A stretch of 62,882 nt of DNA, filler included, from an uncultured Methanosarcinales archaeon (GTDB lineage Archaea; Nanobdellota; Nanobdellia; Woesearchaeales; UBA12501), in assembly GCA_964397315.1 (NCBI GenBank). It is 6 parts of 6 records of this genome, joined end to end, with 100 filler letters (N's around TTAATTAATTAA, not from the genome) between each part and the next. Parts side by side here need not be neighbours in the genome. Positions count along the whole stretch, not along the records: positions 1 to 11,911 come from CAYNHV010000033.1; 5 more parts are not named here. One strand, written 5' to 3'. Shown piece after piece: positions 1 to 8,667 of the stretch (the first letter of the stretch is position 1; each line of letters opens with the position of its first letter). A program made the position numbers and the translations under genes. Under the pieces are notes generated by a model. It worked only from the letters and a program-made list of their open reading frames with translations, was not told where the DNA came from and made no database searches.

Positions 1-24
1 TGACCATCTAAAATGCAATTCCGA

Positions 25-57
25 GAATACCCCAACCTTTAGGTTGGGGATAGGATT
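25..57. repeat. Palindrome resembling an IS200/IS605-type end hairpin
   Basis: GAATA-CCCCAACC-TTTA-GGTTGGGG-ATAGGATT; perfect GC-rich stem with TTTA loop. Confidence 0.45.
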
Positions 58-273
58 TGCTTTATAAGATAATGGTCAAATTTTTATTATGTAATGCTCT
101 AAGCAGTGAGGAACTCAAGAAGAGATTAAATTCACGCGCCCATATACCTCAGGCCTATAATCTTCACCCAAGGCATTGACAGCCAGAATGATGCTGTTAG
201 GCATTGGTGGCCTTAGGACTTTGAGCAGGCAGGCACAGAAAGAAATATAATAACCCCTACCATTCCCCCGGCC

Positions 274-762
274 ATGAAGACAAGGAACAGGTATGGATAT
301 CCTGTTGTGATGACAGGCAGGGCGAGGATGACCTATGACGAGTCTCCGGCCCACAAGGGAAAGCTCAGGCACAGCGTGGATTTCATAACACCAAACAACA
401 CTCCTGTCAGGGCTGCTCTTGACGGCGAGGTCTATGCAGTAAAGCAGGACTCTGACGCAGGAGGGGATGCTCCCTCCTATTATTATGAGGGCAATTACAT
501 TGAGATACGGCATGAGAACAACGAATTCTCATCCTATGAGCACCTGAAAAAGGACAGCGCTCTTGTGAAGAAGGGGGAAAAGGTTAAAGCAGGCCAGGTG
601 ATTGGATACACAGGCCCGACAGGGTGGCTCGGAGGACTGGGTCCGCACCTTCATTTTGAGGTCCACTCCTATTACGGGCCTGGAGAGGAGGATTACGAGA
701 CACTGGAGATAGTGTGGAAGGAAGAGCCCTCCAGGACCTGTGAAAAGCACAAAAACCTTTAA
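274..762 (+). CDS. M23 family metallopeptidase, no signal peptide
   Basis: HSVDF (HxxxD: HSVD variant), PVRAALDGEV, GNYIEIRH, YEHL, GQVIGYTG, GPHLHFEV (HxH). Confidence 0.9.
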   Translation: MKTRNRYGYPVVMTGRARMTYDESPAHKGKLRHSVDFITPNNTPVRAALDGEVYAVKQDSDAGGDAPSYYYEGNYIEIRHENNEFSSYEHLKKDSALVKKGEKVKAGQVIGYTGPTGWLGGLGPHLHFEVHSYYGPGEEDYETLEIVWKEEPSRTCEKHKNL

Positions 763-787
763 AAACAGCCCCCTTATTCTCCCGCAT

Positions 788-3700
788 ATGGCAGCAGGGG
801 AAGGAAAGCAAGGCAGAAATCATGCCGGAAAGGACGCCGGAAAAGGCGGGAATAATGAAAAAGCCAGGCCAGGGCCTTACAGGTTCCCTGAGGTAGAGGA
901 TTCTGTGCTTGAGTTCTGGAAGAAAAAAAGCATATACAGGAAAGCCAAAGAAAAGAACAGCGGAAAAAAGACATTCTATTTTCTTGACGGCCCGCCTTAC
1001 ACGTCAGGCAAGGTGCACATAGGCACTGCGTGGAACAAGGTGCTGAAGGACTGCTTTCTAAGGTATAAGAGAATGGCGGGAGTGGATGTGTGGGACAGGG
1101 CAGGCTATGACATGCACGGGCTTCCCACAGAGCACGCCACCGAGAAAAAGTTGGGGATAAAGAACAAGGACCAGATCCATGAGATGGGCATCGGAAAGTT
1201 CATTGAGGAGTGCAGGAATCTCAGCATAGAGAACATGGAGTCAATGAACAAGGACTTTCAGAGGCTGGGGGTGTGGATGGGCTTTGAGAACGCTTACCAG
1301 TCAATAAAGGATGAGTTCATAGAGGGTGAGTGGTGGCTGATAAAAAAAGCTCACGAGAACAACAGGCTCTACCTTGGAAAAAAGACAATGCACTGGTGCG
1401 CCTCATGCGCCACCTCTCTTGCAAAGCACGAGCTTGAGTACAATGAGATCAGGGACACGTCAATATTCTTCAAGCTGAAAGTGACAGGCTCAAGCAATGA
1501 GTACCTTGTTGTCTGGACAACAACACCATGGACTCTCGCTTTCAACCTTGCGGTGATGGCAAACCCAGATCTTGAATATGTGAAGGCAGAGGTTGAGGGT
1601 GACAATGGCAAAGAGACATGGATACTCTCCAAGGCTCTTGCAGGCCCGGTCATACAGGCAGTGGCAAACAGGAAGCTGAAGATAAAAGAGGAGTTCAAAG
1701 GCGCGGAGCTTGAGGGCATAAGGTATGACCATCCATGGGAGGATGACATACCCTCAATGAAGGAGCTCAAGGAAAGCAACGAGAAAGTACATTCTGTTGT
1801 GATGAGCAGGGAGTACGTTGATGTGAGCGCAGGGTCGGGGCTTGTGCACTGCGCTCCCGGCTGCGGGCCGGAGGATTATGAGGTCGGCCACAGAGAGGGC
1901 CTGCCAGCCTACAACACAATTGATGAGCAGGGAAACTTCCCTGAAGAGATGGGAAGGTTCCAGGGCTTCACAGCAAAGAAGGACGACTCAAAGTTCATAG
2001 AGGCTCTTGAGGAGAAAGGAAGCCTGATAGCAAAGACCACTGTTGAGCATGACTACGCCCACTGCTGGAGGTGCCACAAGCCGGTGATATTCAGGACAAC
2101 AAGGCAGTGGTTCTTCAGGATAGAAGACCTTAAGGAAAACATGAAAGAGCTTAACAAGGACATAAGATGGGTTCCTGACTGGGCAGGCTCAAGGCAGTTC
2201 CACGCCTGGCTTGACAACCTGAGGGACAACTCAATAACAAAACAGAGGTTCTGGGGCTGCCCCCTTCCTGTGTGGATATGCGGCAGTGAAGAAGAGGAAG
2301 AAGAGGGCTGCGGAAACTATGTTGTTGTGGGAACAAAGGAGGAGCTGAAGAAGCTCGCGGGAAAGCTGCCCAAGGACCTCCACAAGCCGTGGATTGACGA
2401 GATAACAATAAAATGCGGGAAATGCGGAAAGCAGATGAAGAGAAGCCCTGACATACTTGACGTGTGGGTGGATGCCGGCTGCGCATCATGGATATGCCTT
2501 GATTACCCCCAAAAGACAGAGCTTTTTGACAGGCTTTTCCCTGCTGACTTCATACTTGAGGGCAAGGACCAGATAAGGGGATGGTTCAATCTTCTCTTTG
2601 TGGCATCAATGGTCTCAATGGAGAGGCCCAGCTTCAGGGCTGTTTACATGCACGGCTATGTCAATGACGCCCACGGCAGGAAGATGTCAAAATCCCAGGG
2701 CAATTACATACTGCCCGGGGAAGTAATAGAAAAGTACGGAGCTGACGCTTTCAGGTATTATTCAATAGGGGGCACAAACGCGGGCCTTGACCTGAATTAC
2801 AACTTTGATGATGTCAAGATAAAGCACAAGAACCTGGGGGTCTTGTGGAACCTGCAGAACTTCCTGCTTGACATGAAGCATCAGGGAGTGGAGCTGAAGA
2901 GCAACCCAAAAACATCCACAGAAGAGAGATACATACTCTCAAGGATGAACTCCTCCATAAGGGAGGTCACTTCCATGCTTGAGGGGTTCAGGCTTGATGA
3001 GGTTCCCTGGACTGCGGAGGAGCTTTTTCTTGACCTTAGCAGGACATACATACAGCTGGTGAGGGACAAGGCTGCCCTTGGATCTGACGAGGAGAAGGCT
3101 GCTGTGATGCATGCCATATACAACGTGCTCATGTGTTCACTTAGGATAATGGCTCCCATAGCCCCGTTCATAACAGAAAGGATATACCAGAACCTCAGGC
3201 ACGAGTTCGCGCTTGAGGGGGAGAGCATACACCTGACAGCATGGCCTCAGGCAGATGAGGGGATGATTGACGAGAGGCTTGAAAAGAGCTTTGATGTTAT
3301 GAAGAACACTGTGCAGTCAATACTAAGCGCAAGGGAGAAGATACAAACCGGGGTGAGGTGGCCCCTGAAGAAGGTGTTCATAATAACGCAGAAAGAGGAT
3401 GTTGAAAGGGCTGTAAAAGAGCTTGAGGGAGTAATAAAGAGCCAGGCCAATGTGAAGGAGATAGAGGTCATGAAGGACATGCCCGGCATAAAGAGGACAG
3501 TGAAACCTGACTATGCAAAGCTGGCGCCTGATTTTGGGGAGGACTCAGCGAGGATAATAGCGCAGTTCTCAACAATGTCGCCTGAGACAATATTCAGCAG
3601 CATAAATGAGAAAGGGCACTATGACCTGAAGGCAGGGGATGACATGTTCAGGCTCAAGAGGAATCATCTTATAGTCAACAAGGAGACACCTGAGAACATA

Positions 3701-4030
3701 ACAGAGTCAGAGTTCAGGTACGGCGAGATGTTTGTTGACACAGAAAGGACCAAAGAGCTTGATGCAGAGGGGTATGCAAGAGAGATAACGAGGCATGTCC
3801 AGCAGATGAGAAAACAGGCAGGAATGCAGAAGAATGACAGGATAAGCCTGTGCATAACCTTGGATAAAGAGCTCGCGGACATGCTGGAGAGGTTCAAGGA
3901 GCAGATAAAAGAGAGGGTGGGCGCGGAAGAGCTTGAGATAAGAACAGGAGAGCCTGCAAAAGAATACAGCGCAAAAAAAGAGGCAAATGTAAGGGGCAGG
4001 AACATATTCATGGGCTTTGAGAAGGTTTGA
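788..4030 (+). CDS. ileS: Isoleucine--tRNA ligase (archaeal type)
   Basis: DGPPYTSGKVHIGT (HIGH), WTTTPWT, EGKDQIRGWF, KMSKS; ATG 788 lies about 25 nt after TATA-like TTTAAAA (ORF track starts at 740). Confidence 0.97.
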   Translation: MAAGEGKQGRNHAGKDAGKGGNNEKARPGPYRFPEVEDSVLEFWKKKSIYRKAKEKNSGKKTFYFLDGPPYTSGKVHIGTAWNKVLKDCFLRYKRMAGVDVWDRAGYDMHGLPTEHATEKKLGIKNKDQIHEMGIGKFIEECRNLSIENMESMNKDFQRLGVWMGFENAYQSIKDEFIEGEWWLIKKAHENNRLYLGKKTMHWCASCATSLAKHELEYNEIRDTSIFFKLKVTGSSNEYLVVWTTTPWTLAFNLAVMANPDLEYVKAEVEGDNGKETWILSKALAGPVIQAVANRKLKIKEEFKGAELEGIRYDHPWEDDIPSMKELKESNEKVHSVVMSREYVDVSAGSGLVHCAPGCGPEDYEVGHREGLPAYNTIDEQGNFPEEMGRFQGFTAKKDDSKFIEALEEKGSLIAKTTVEHDYAHCWRCHKPVIFRTTRQWFFRIEDLKENMKELNKDIRWVPDWAGSRQFHAWLDNLRDNSITKQRFWGCPLPVWICGSEEEEEEGCGNYVVVGTKEELKKLAGKLPKDLHKPWIDEITIKCGKCGKQMKRSPDILDVWVDAGCASWICLDYPQKTELFDRLFPADFILEGKDQIRGWFNLLFVASMVSMERPSFRAVYMHGYVNDAHGRKMSKSQGNYILPGEVIEKYGADAFRYYSIGGTNAGLDLNYNFDDVKIKHKNLGVLWNLQNFLLDMKHQGVELKSNPKTSTEERYILSRMNSSIREVTSMLEGFRLDEVPWTAEELFLDLSRTYIQLVRDKAALGSDEEKAAVMHAIYNVLMCSLRIMAPIAPFITERIYQNLRHEFALEGESIHLTAWPQADEGMIDERLEKSFDVMKNTVQSILSAREKIQTGVRWPLKKVFIITQKEDVERAVKELEGVIKSQANVKEIEVMKDMPGIKRTVKPDYAKLAPDFGEDSARIIAQFSTMSPETIFSSINEKGHYDLKAGDDMFRLKRNHLIVNKETPENITESEFRYGEMFVDTERTKELDAEGYAREITRHVQQMRKQAGMQKNDRISLCITLDKELADMLERFKEQIKERVGAEELEIRTGEPAKEYSAKKEANVRGRNIFMGFEKV

Positions 4031-4108
4031 GCTGATAACTGAAAGGCGATGGATATCTAGGAGAAAAAGGATATAAGATTTCGTCCCATATAATGCAAGA
4101 ACTAGTTG

Positions 4109-4690
4109 ATGAAAACCAAAAAAGAGGCAGAGGATGCTGAAGAGACTCCTGAAGGAGATGAAGCTCAGGTGCATGAAGAAGATCAGCCCTCCCTGCTGAA
4201 AAGAACTGCCTTAATAGTGATTGGCGTTATTGTTCTGCTTCTCTTTCTCTCATACTTCTTTCTCGGGCCCCACACTATTGACATCATAGAGAGCCTGATG
4301 GTCAGCTCTGAGATAGATGACTTTACTGTTGAAGGCGAGGGATTCTCTGTTGTGTTTGAGCCTGCAGCTTATGACAAGCTTAGGGATGTTTATTATCAGA
4401 ACAAGGGGAATGAATTCAAGGCATGCCTTTTCGGCTCAGTGAGCAGCGCGCAGGGAGGTGACGTGTACAGAGTGAGTGATGTATTCCTTCCTGAGCAGAG
4501 AGGGACATACGCGCAGGTAAGCTACAGGCTGTGCCCTGCAGAGACAATAGTGAGCCTGCACTCCCAGCCGTACAGGAGGTGCGTGGCCTCAAAGCAGGAC
4601 TTCAGGAGCTTTGAGAGCTTCAGGGAGAAAAGGCCTGATGCTGTGATGATGATAATGTGCGAGGAGGAAAGGTTTTATGTTTATAGGTAA
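4109..4690 (+). CDS. Membrane-anchored MPN/JAB-like domain protein
   Basis: One N-terminal TM helix, then EFKACLFG ... HSQP-x6-SxxD resembling the JAMM motif with His replaced by Gln. Confidence 0.6.
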   Translation: MKTKKEAEDAEETPEGDEAQVHEEDQPSLLKRTALIVIGVIVLLLFLSYFFLGPHTIDIIESLMVSSEIDDFTVEGEGFSVVFEPAAYDKLRDVYYQNKGNEFKACLFGSVSSAQGGDVYRVSDVFLPEQRGTYAQVSYRLCPAETIVSLHSQPYRRCVASKQDFRSFESFREKRPDAVMMIMCEEERFYVYR

Positions 4691-4870
4691 CAAAAATCCG
4701 CAGCTTACGGTTAATAGGCTAAAGGTTTCAAAAAGCTAAGCTTTTTGGAACACCAAAAATTGAAGATTTTTGATTCCCATGGCTTTAAGCAGCCGCTTTT
4801 GACAGGCGGATTTTGGAACTTTTAAAAGCCTTCATCTCCGCACTAAGTGAGGAGCTTCCGACTTATTAAA
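4687..4870. repeat. Dispersed structured repeat family A, copy 1
   Basis: About 180 nt alignable to 17539-17719; multiple hairpins. Confidence 0.9.
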
Positions 4871-5207
4871 AGTAAGCATGCTGATTCCCATCATTATACG
4901 TTTATTATGACCATAAGTCCTGATGCTTCCCGCCCTTATAGGAATTTGTTTATGATTGTTATTCCAGGCAATTCCTTGAGGGATAATAGACCTATGCTTA
5001 TTATTCCTGGTAATTCCCTCCCTTGCAAAGCTGGGTTAATGCTGATAACTCATGGTATGTCCCTCCCTTACTGCAGAGCCATCTCGCAGGTTTTTTCCTT
5101 CCAAAACAGCACAACTCCCAGCTTCTTTAGCCAATAAGCCCACCCAGTAATATGCTCAACTGCTCTTTGGTTGGGTTGGTGCTCTAAGCATGTGTGAGGG
5201 GTGGGAG

Positions 5208-5314
5208 ATTGCAAAACGAAGTTTGGCAATTCTAATACTGCAAAACAAAGTTTTGCAGGCCTGAAAATACTTTGTATTTTCAGTAATCCCAGACGAGCTT
5301 GCGAGTCGGGATTA
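5208..5314. repeat. Tandem array of four short palindromes
   Basis: ATTGCAAAAC/GTTTGGCAAT, CTGCAAAAC/GTTTTGCAG, CTGAAAATAC/GTATTTTCAG, TAATCCC/GGGATTA. Confidence 0.85.
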
Positions 5315-5484
5315 TTTTTAGGGGGACTTATCCATCTGTAAGTGCGACCGGGACGGTGGAGAACTCTGGATTAACCAAAATACGCACACAGGAGATTTAA
5401 TCATAGTGCTTCAACGCTTAAAGGGTATTTTGTGGGATTGAGCGAAGTGAGATCCGCTTACGCTTGAACAGAGTAACGCCGTTC
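5296..5484. repeat. Dispersed structured repeat family B, copy 1
   Basis: About 190 nt alignable to 57100-57289. Confidence 0.9.
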
Positions 5485-5549
5485 TGCTGGCAACATCTGG
5501 AGAATTCCCATTTGTAAAACTAACATTATTCTTGGAACTCACAAACAGG

Positions 5550-7304
5550 CTATCTTATCATGCCCTTTGCCATCTCCCTGGGCTTTTCAAGACCGAGAAG
5601 CCTGAGGGCTGTTGGAGCCACATTACACAGCGCGCCTTTCTTTCTTATGCTGTACTTGTAGTTTGACACAAGGATGAATGGAACAGGGTTTGAGGTGTGG
5701 GTTGTCTCCTCCTTTCCTGTCATCTGCTCGCAGTTACCATGATCGCCTATGATTATCACTGCGCCGTCTGCTGCAAGCACCTGTTTAACAATCTCCCCCA
5801 CGCAGGAGTCAACTGCCTCACATCCCCTGACTGCCGCGTCAAGCACTCCTGTGTGGCCGACCATGTCTCCGTTGGCAAAGTTCAGTATTATCATACTGTT
5901 TTTTTTGGTTTTCACCTGCTTTACTGCCTCATCTCTTATCTCATAAGCGCTCATCTCAGGCTGCAGGTCGTAAGTTGCAACTTTTGGAGAGGGTATTATC
6001 TTCCTGTCCTCCCCCTGGAAGACCTTCTCTCTTGAGCCGTTCATGAAAAAAGTCACGTGCGCGTACTTTTCTGTCTCTGCAATCCTGAACTGCTTAAGGC
6101 GGTCTCTGCTGACAACCTCTCCTATGACGTTCTTTGGCTGCGGCTGTTCATAAGCCACATTAACATTCTTCATTCCCTTCTCATATCTGACCATCTCCAC
6201 AAAGAACACATCCCTCTTCTCCCTCCTGAACTCCATGAAATCATCCCTGACAAAGGCCTCTGAGAGCTGCCTTGCCCTGTCCTCCCTGAAGTTGAAGAAT
6301 ATTATTGAGTCTCTGTTCTCAACACCCTTATATGTCTGGGAGGTGAGGGTGGGCTGGACGAACTCGTCTGTCTCCCCCCTCTTGTATGCCTTGTCAAGCC
6401 CGTCAAGAGGGCCTGTGGAGTATATTCCCCTGCCGAGGGTTATGCAATTGTAGGCCTTCCCTGTCCTGTCCCATCTCTTGTCCCTGTCCATTGCATAGTA
6501 TCTTCCTGATATTGTGGCTATCTCCCCAAGCCCTTTGAGCCTTGTGCTGAGCTGCTTAAGGTATTTTCCAGCTGACCTTTTGGGGGTGTCCCTGCCGTCA
6601 AGGAATGCATGGACATAAACGCGCTTCCTGTGCTTTTTTGCCATCTTAAGCAGTGCGAACAGGTGGTTTATGTGAGAGTGTATGCCCCCGTCTGACACAA
6701 GCCCCATGAGATGCACGTTGTTTCCTTTACTGAAAGCCTCTTTAAGCGCCTTGTTCTTGAAGAAGCTCCTGTTTTTTATGGCCTTGTTTATTATCATGTA
6801 CTCCTGCCCGACAATCCTCCCGGCACCTATGTTCATATGGCCGACTTCAGAGTTGCCCATCTGGCCTTTTGGCAGCCCCACTGCATTGCCTGATGCCTCG
6901 ATCTTTGTTGAGGGATAATTCGCTGCGAGAAAATCCATGTTCGGTGTTGAGGCCTGCCTTACAGCATTTGCCTTCCTTGACTGCCTTATGCCCCAGCCGT
7001 CAAGTATCATTATCATGACGCTCTTTATGCTTTCAGGAGCTTTCCTGTTCCGGGGCTTTCCAAGGGTAGTTTTTTGTTTTTTCCTCCCTCCCCCTGTCTT
7101 AGCTGCCTTCTTTCCTGAAGGTTTTCTTTGGCTGCTTCTTCTGCCTGTTATTTTTCCCTTTCCTGACAGCCTCTTTTTAGAACTCCTATTGCTTGTCTTT
7201 GCCGTGCTCTTCCTTCCTGCCATTTGTGCAGATTTCCCGGCTTTCTTTCTGCCGCCTTTTCCGGCCTTTCTTGAAGATCCCTTTTTTTCCCTCTTTTTTG
7301 CCAT
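5550..7304 (-). CDS. gpmI: 2,3-bisphosphoglycerate-independent phosphoglycerate mutase (bacterial type) with long Lys/Arg-rich N-terminal extension
   Basis: ILDGWG, GQMGNSEVGH, DGGIHSH, FLDGRD, GRYYAMDRD, AETEKYAHVTFF, NGDMVGHTG, DHGN. Confidence 0.96.
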   Translation of the reverse strand: MAKKREKKGSSRKAGKGGRKKAGKSAQMAGRKSTAKTSNRSSKKRLSGKGKITGRRSSQRKPSGKKAAKTGGGRKKQKTTLGKPRNRKAPESIKSVMIMILDGWGIRQSRKANAVRQASTPNMDFLAANYPSTKIEASGNAVGLPKGQMGNSEVGHMNIGAGRIVGQEYMIINKAIKNRSFFKNKALKEAFSKGNNVHLMGLVSDGGIHSHINHLFALLKMAKKHRKRVYVHAFLDGRDTPKRSAGKYLKQLSTRLKGLGEIATISGRYYAMDRDKRWDRTGKAYNCITLGRGIYSTGPLDGLDKAYKRGETDEFVQPTLTSQTYKGVENRDSIIFFNFREDRARQLSEAFVRDDFMEFRREKRDVFFVEMVRYEKGMKNVNVAYEQPQPKNVIGEVVSRDRLKQFRIAETEKYAHVTFFMNGSREKVFQGEDRKIIPSPKVATYDLQPEMSAYEIRDEAVKQVKTKKNSMIILNFANGDMVGHTGVLDAAVRGCEAVDSCVGEIVKQVLAADGAVIIIGDHGNCEQMTGKEETTHTSNPVPFILVSNYKYSIRKKGALCNVAPTALRLLGLEKPREMAKGMIR

Positions 7305-7395
7305 GAAAGAATAAGTTTGTTTTATTGTTTAAATAGTTTTTGATGTCAGGGAGCTCCAGTGTAGGCAGCAGAGGCTGTGCGCTTTATCTTTAGTT

Positions 7396-7962
7396 TCAGA
7401 ATCTTCTAAAGCGAAACAACTCCTCAGCTGGCTTTCTTGTCCTTGGCCTTGACAGCCTGTTCTTAATCTTCTCTGTCAGCTTGTCCCACAGCTTTTCAGG
7501 ATTATCCTCATAACCGAGTGCGAACATAACAATTATCCTATAGTTATCCGGAAAGTCCGCTGCCTTCCTTGCCCTGCCCTCATCATAGCCTGCCATCTGG
7601 TGCATCCTCAGGCCCTGATGTTCCGCCTCTATTGCCATGCTCATAACGCTCATGCCTGAGTCATAAGCATAATAGGGCAGGTTGTTTGTGCTGCAGTCAT
7701 CTTCAGGATCAGATCCCACTACAACCAGATAAGGGGCTTTTTTAGCCCACCCATTGCCCGGGTAGAGCGACTTTTCAACAGCTTTTCTTGTGCTGTCTTT
7801 TTTGTGAACAAAAACAAAATTCCACGGCTGGTTGTTGAAGCAGGAGGGAGCCCATCTTGCTGCTTCAATTATTAAGTCTATCTTACTCTTTTCAATCTCC
7901 CTGCTCTTGAAAACAAGAGGACTCTTCCGCTTTCTTATCTCAGAAAGGATGTTGCCTTTCAT
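7396..7962 (-). CDS. Nitroreductase family protein
   Basis: RKS, AARWAPSCFNNQPW, GLRMHQMAG, ALGY. Confidence 0.92.
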   Translation of the reverse strand: MKGNILSEIRKRKSPLVFKSREIEKSKIDLIIEAARWAPSCFNNQPWNFVFVHKKDSTRKAVEKSLYPGNGWAKKAPYLVVVGSDPEDDCSTNNLPYYAYDSGMSVMSMAIEAEHQGLRMHQMAGYDEGRARKAADFPDNYRIIVMFALGYEDNPEKLWDKLTEKIKNRLSRPRTRKPAEELFRFRRF

Positions 7963-8639
7963 CTCCCCACCCCTGTATAATGCGGGCCCGCATGCATCAT
8001 AGGAGCATCAATGCCTGCCTTCTGGTACGCTTCAGGAGGTATGCCGATGTCCCCCACAAGAAGCTTCCTTATCCTGCTGTCCCCGGTCATTCCTGCCTTG
8101 GGCAGGCCGAGTGTCATTACAACAGCATCCTGGAACGAGGGCTCGTGCCATTCCCCTGTTGATGGCTCAAAGCCTGAGGGGATGTCGCAGCACAGCACAG
8201 GCGCGCGAATGCTTTTGGCCATTCTTATCAGCTCAGCCACTCTTCCCCTTGGAGCCCCTCTTGTATTGTATCCCAGAAGGCAGTCCAACACAACATCAGG
8301 CTTGCCTCCAGGCTTGTTGAGGGAGGGAACTCCAATGGCATCAAGCGTCTTGAGGTGCCCGGCTGCAGTATCTCCCAGCATCCCTCTCTCAGAGCTGAGC
8401 ACCACCTCAACACTTACTCCCGCGTTATGAAGGTATCTTGCAGCCACAAGGCCGTCAGCCCCGTTATTGCCGGGCCCGGCAAGAATAACCGCCCTTTCAG
8501 GCTTGAACTCATTGATTGCAGCGTCAGCAAGGAGCCTTCCCGCGTTCTCCATCATCTGCAGGAGTGATATTCCAAACTCTTCAGGCATGAGCCTGTCAAT
8601 ATCTTTCATCTGCTCAACCGTGGCCTCGGGGATTCTCAT
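7959..8639 (-). CDS. nnrE: NAD(P)H-hydrate epimerase (YjeF N-terminal domain)
   Basis: MMENAG, GPGNNGADG, DCLLG, DIPSG, GDIGIP. Confidence 0.92.
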   Translation of the reverse strand: MRIPEATVEQMKDIDRLMPEEFGISLLQMMENAGRLLADAAINEFKPERAVILAGPGNNGADGLVAARYLHNAGVSVEVVLSSERGMLGDTAAGHLKTLDAIGVPSLNKPGGKPDVVLDCLLGYNTRGAPRGRVAELIRMAKSIRAPVLCCDIPSGFEPSTGEWHEPSFQDAVVMTLGLPKAGMTGDSRIRKLLVGDIGIPPEAYQKAGIDAPMMHAGPHYTGVGR

Positions 8640-8667
8640 TGTATTGCACAAGATCTTAATCTTCTTC

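Noticed and set aside
4906..5080. Possible CRISPR array
   Set aside because: Units too divergent, variable parts only about 12 nt, no cas genes; no CRISPR array seen anywhere in the window
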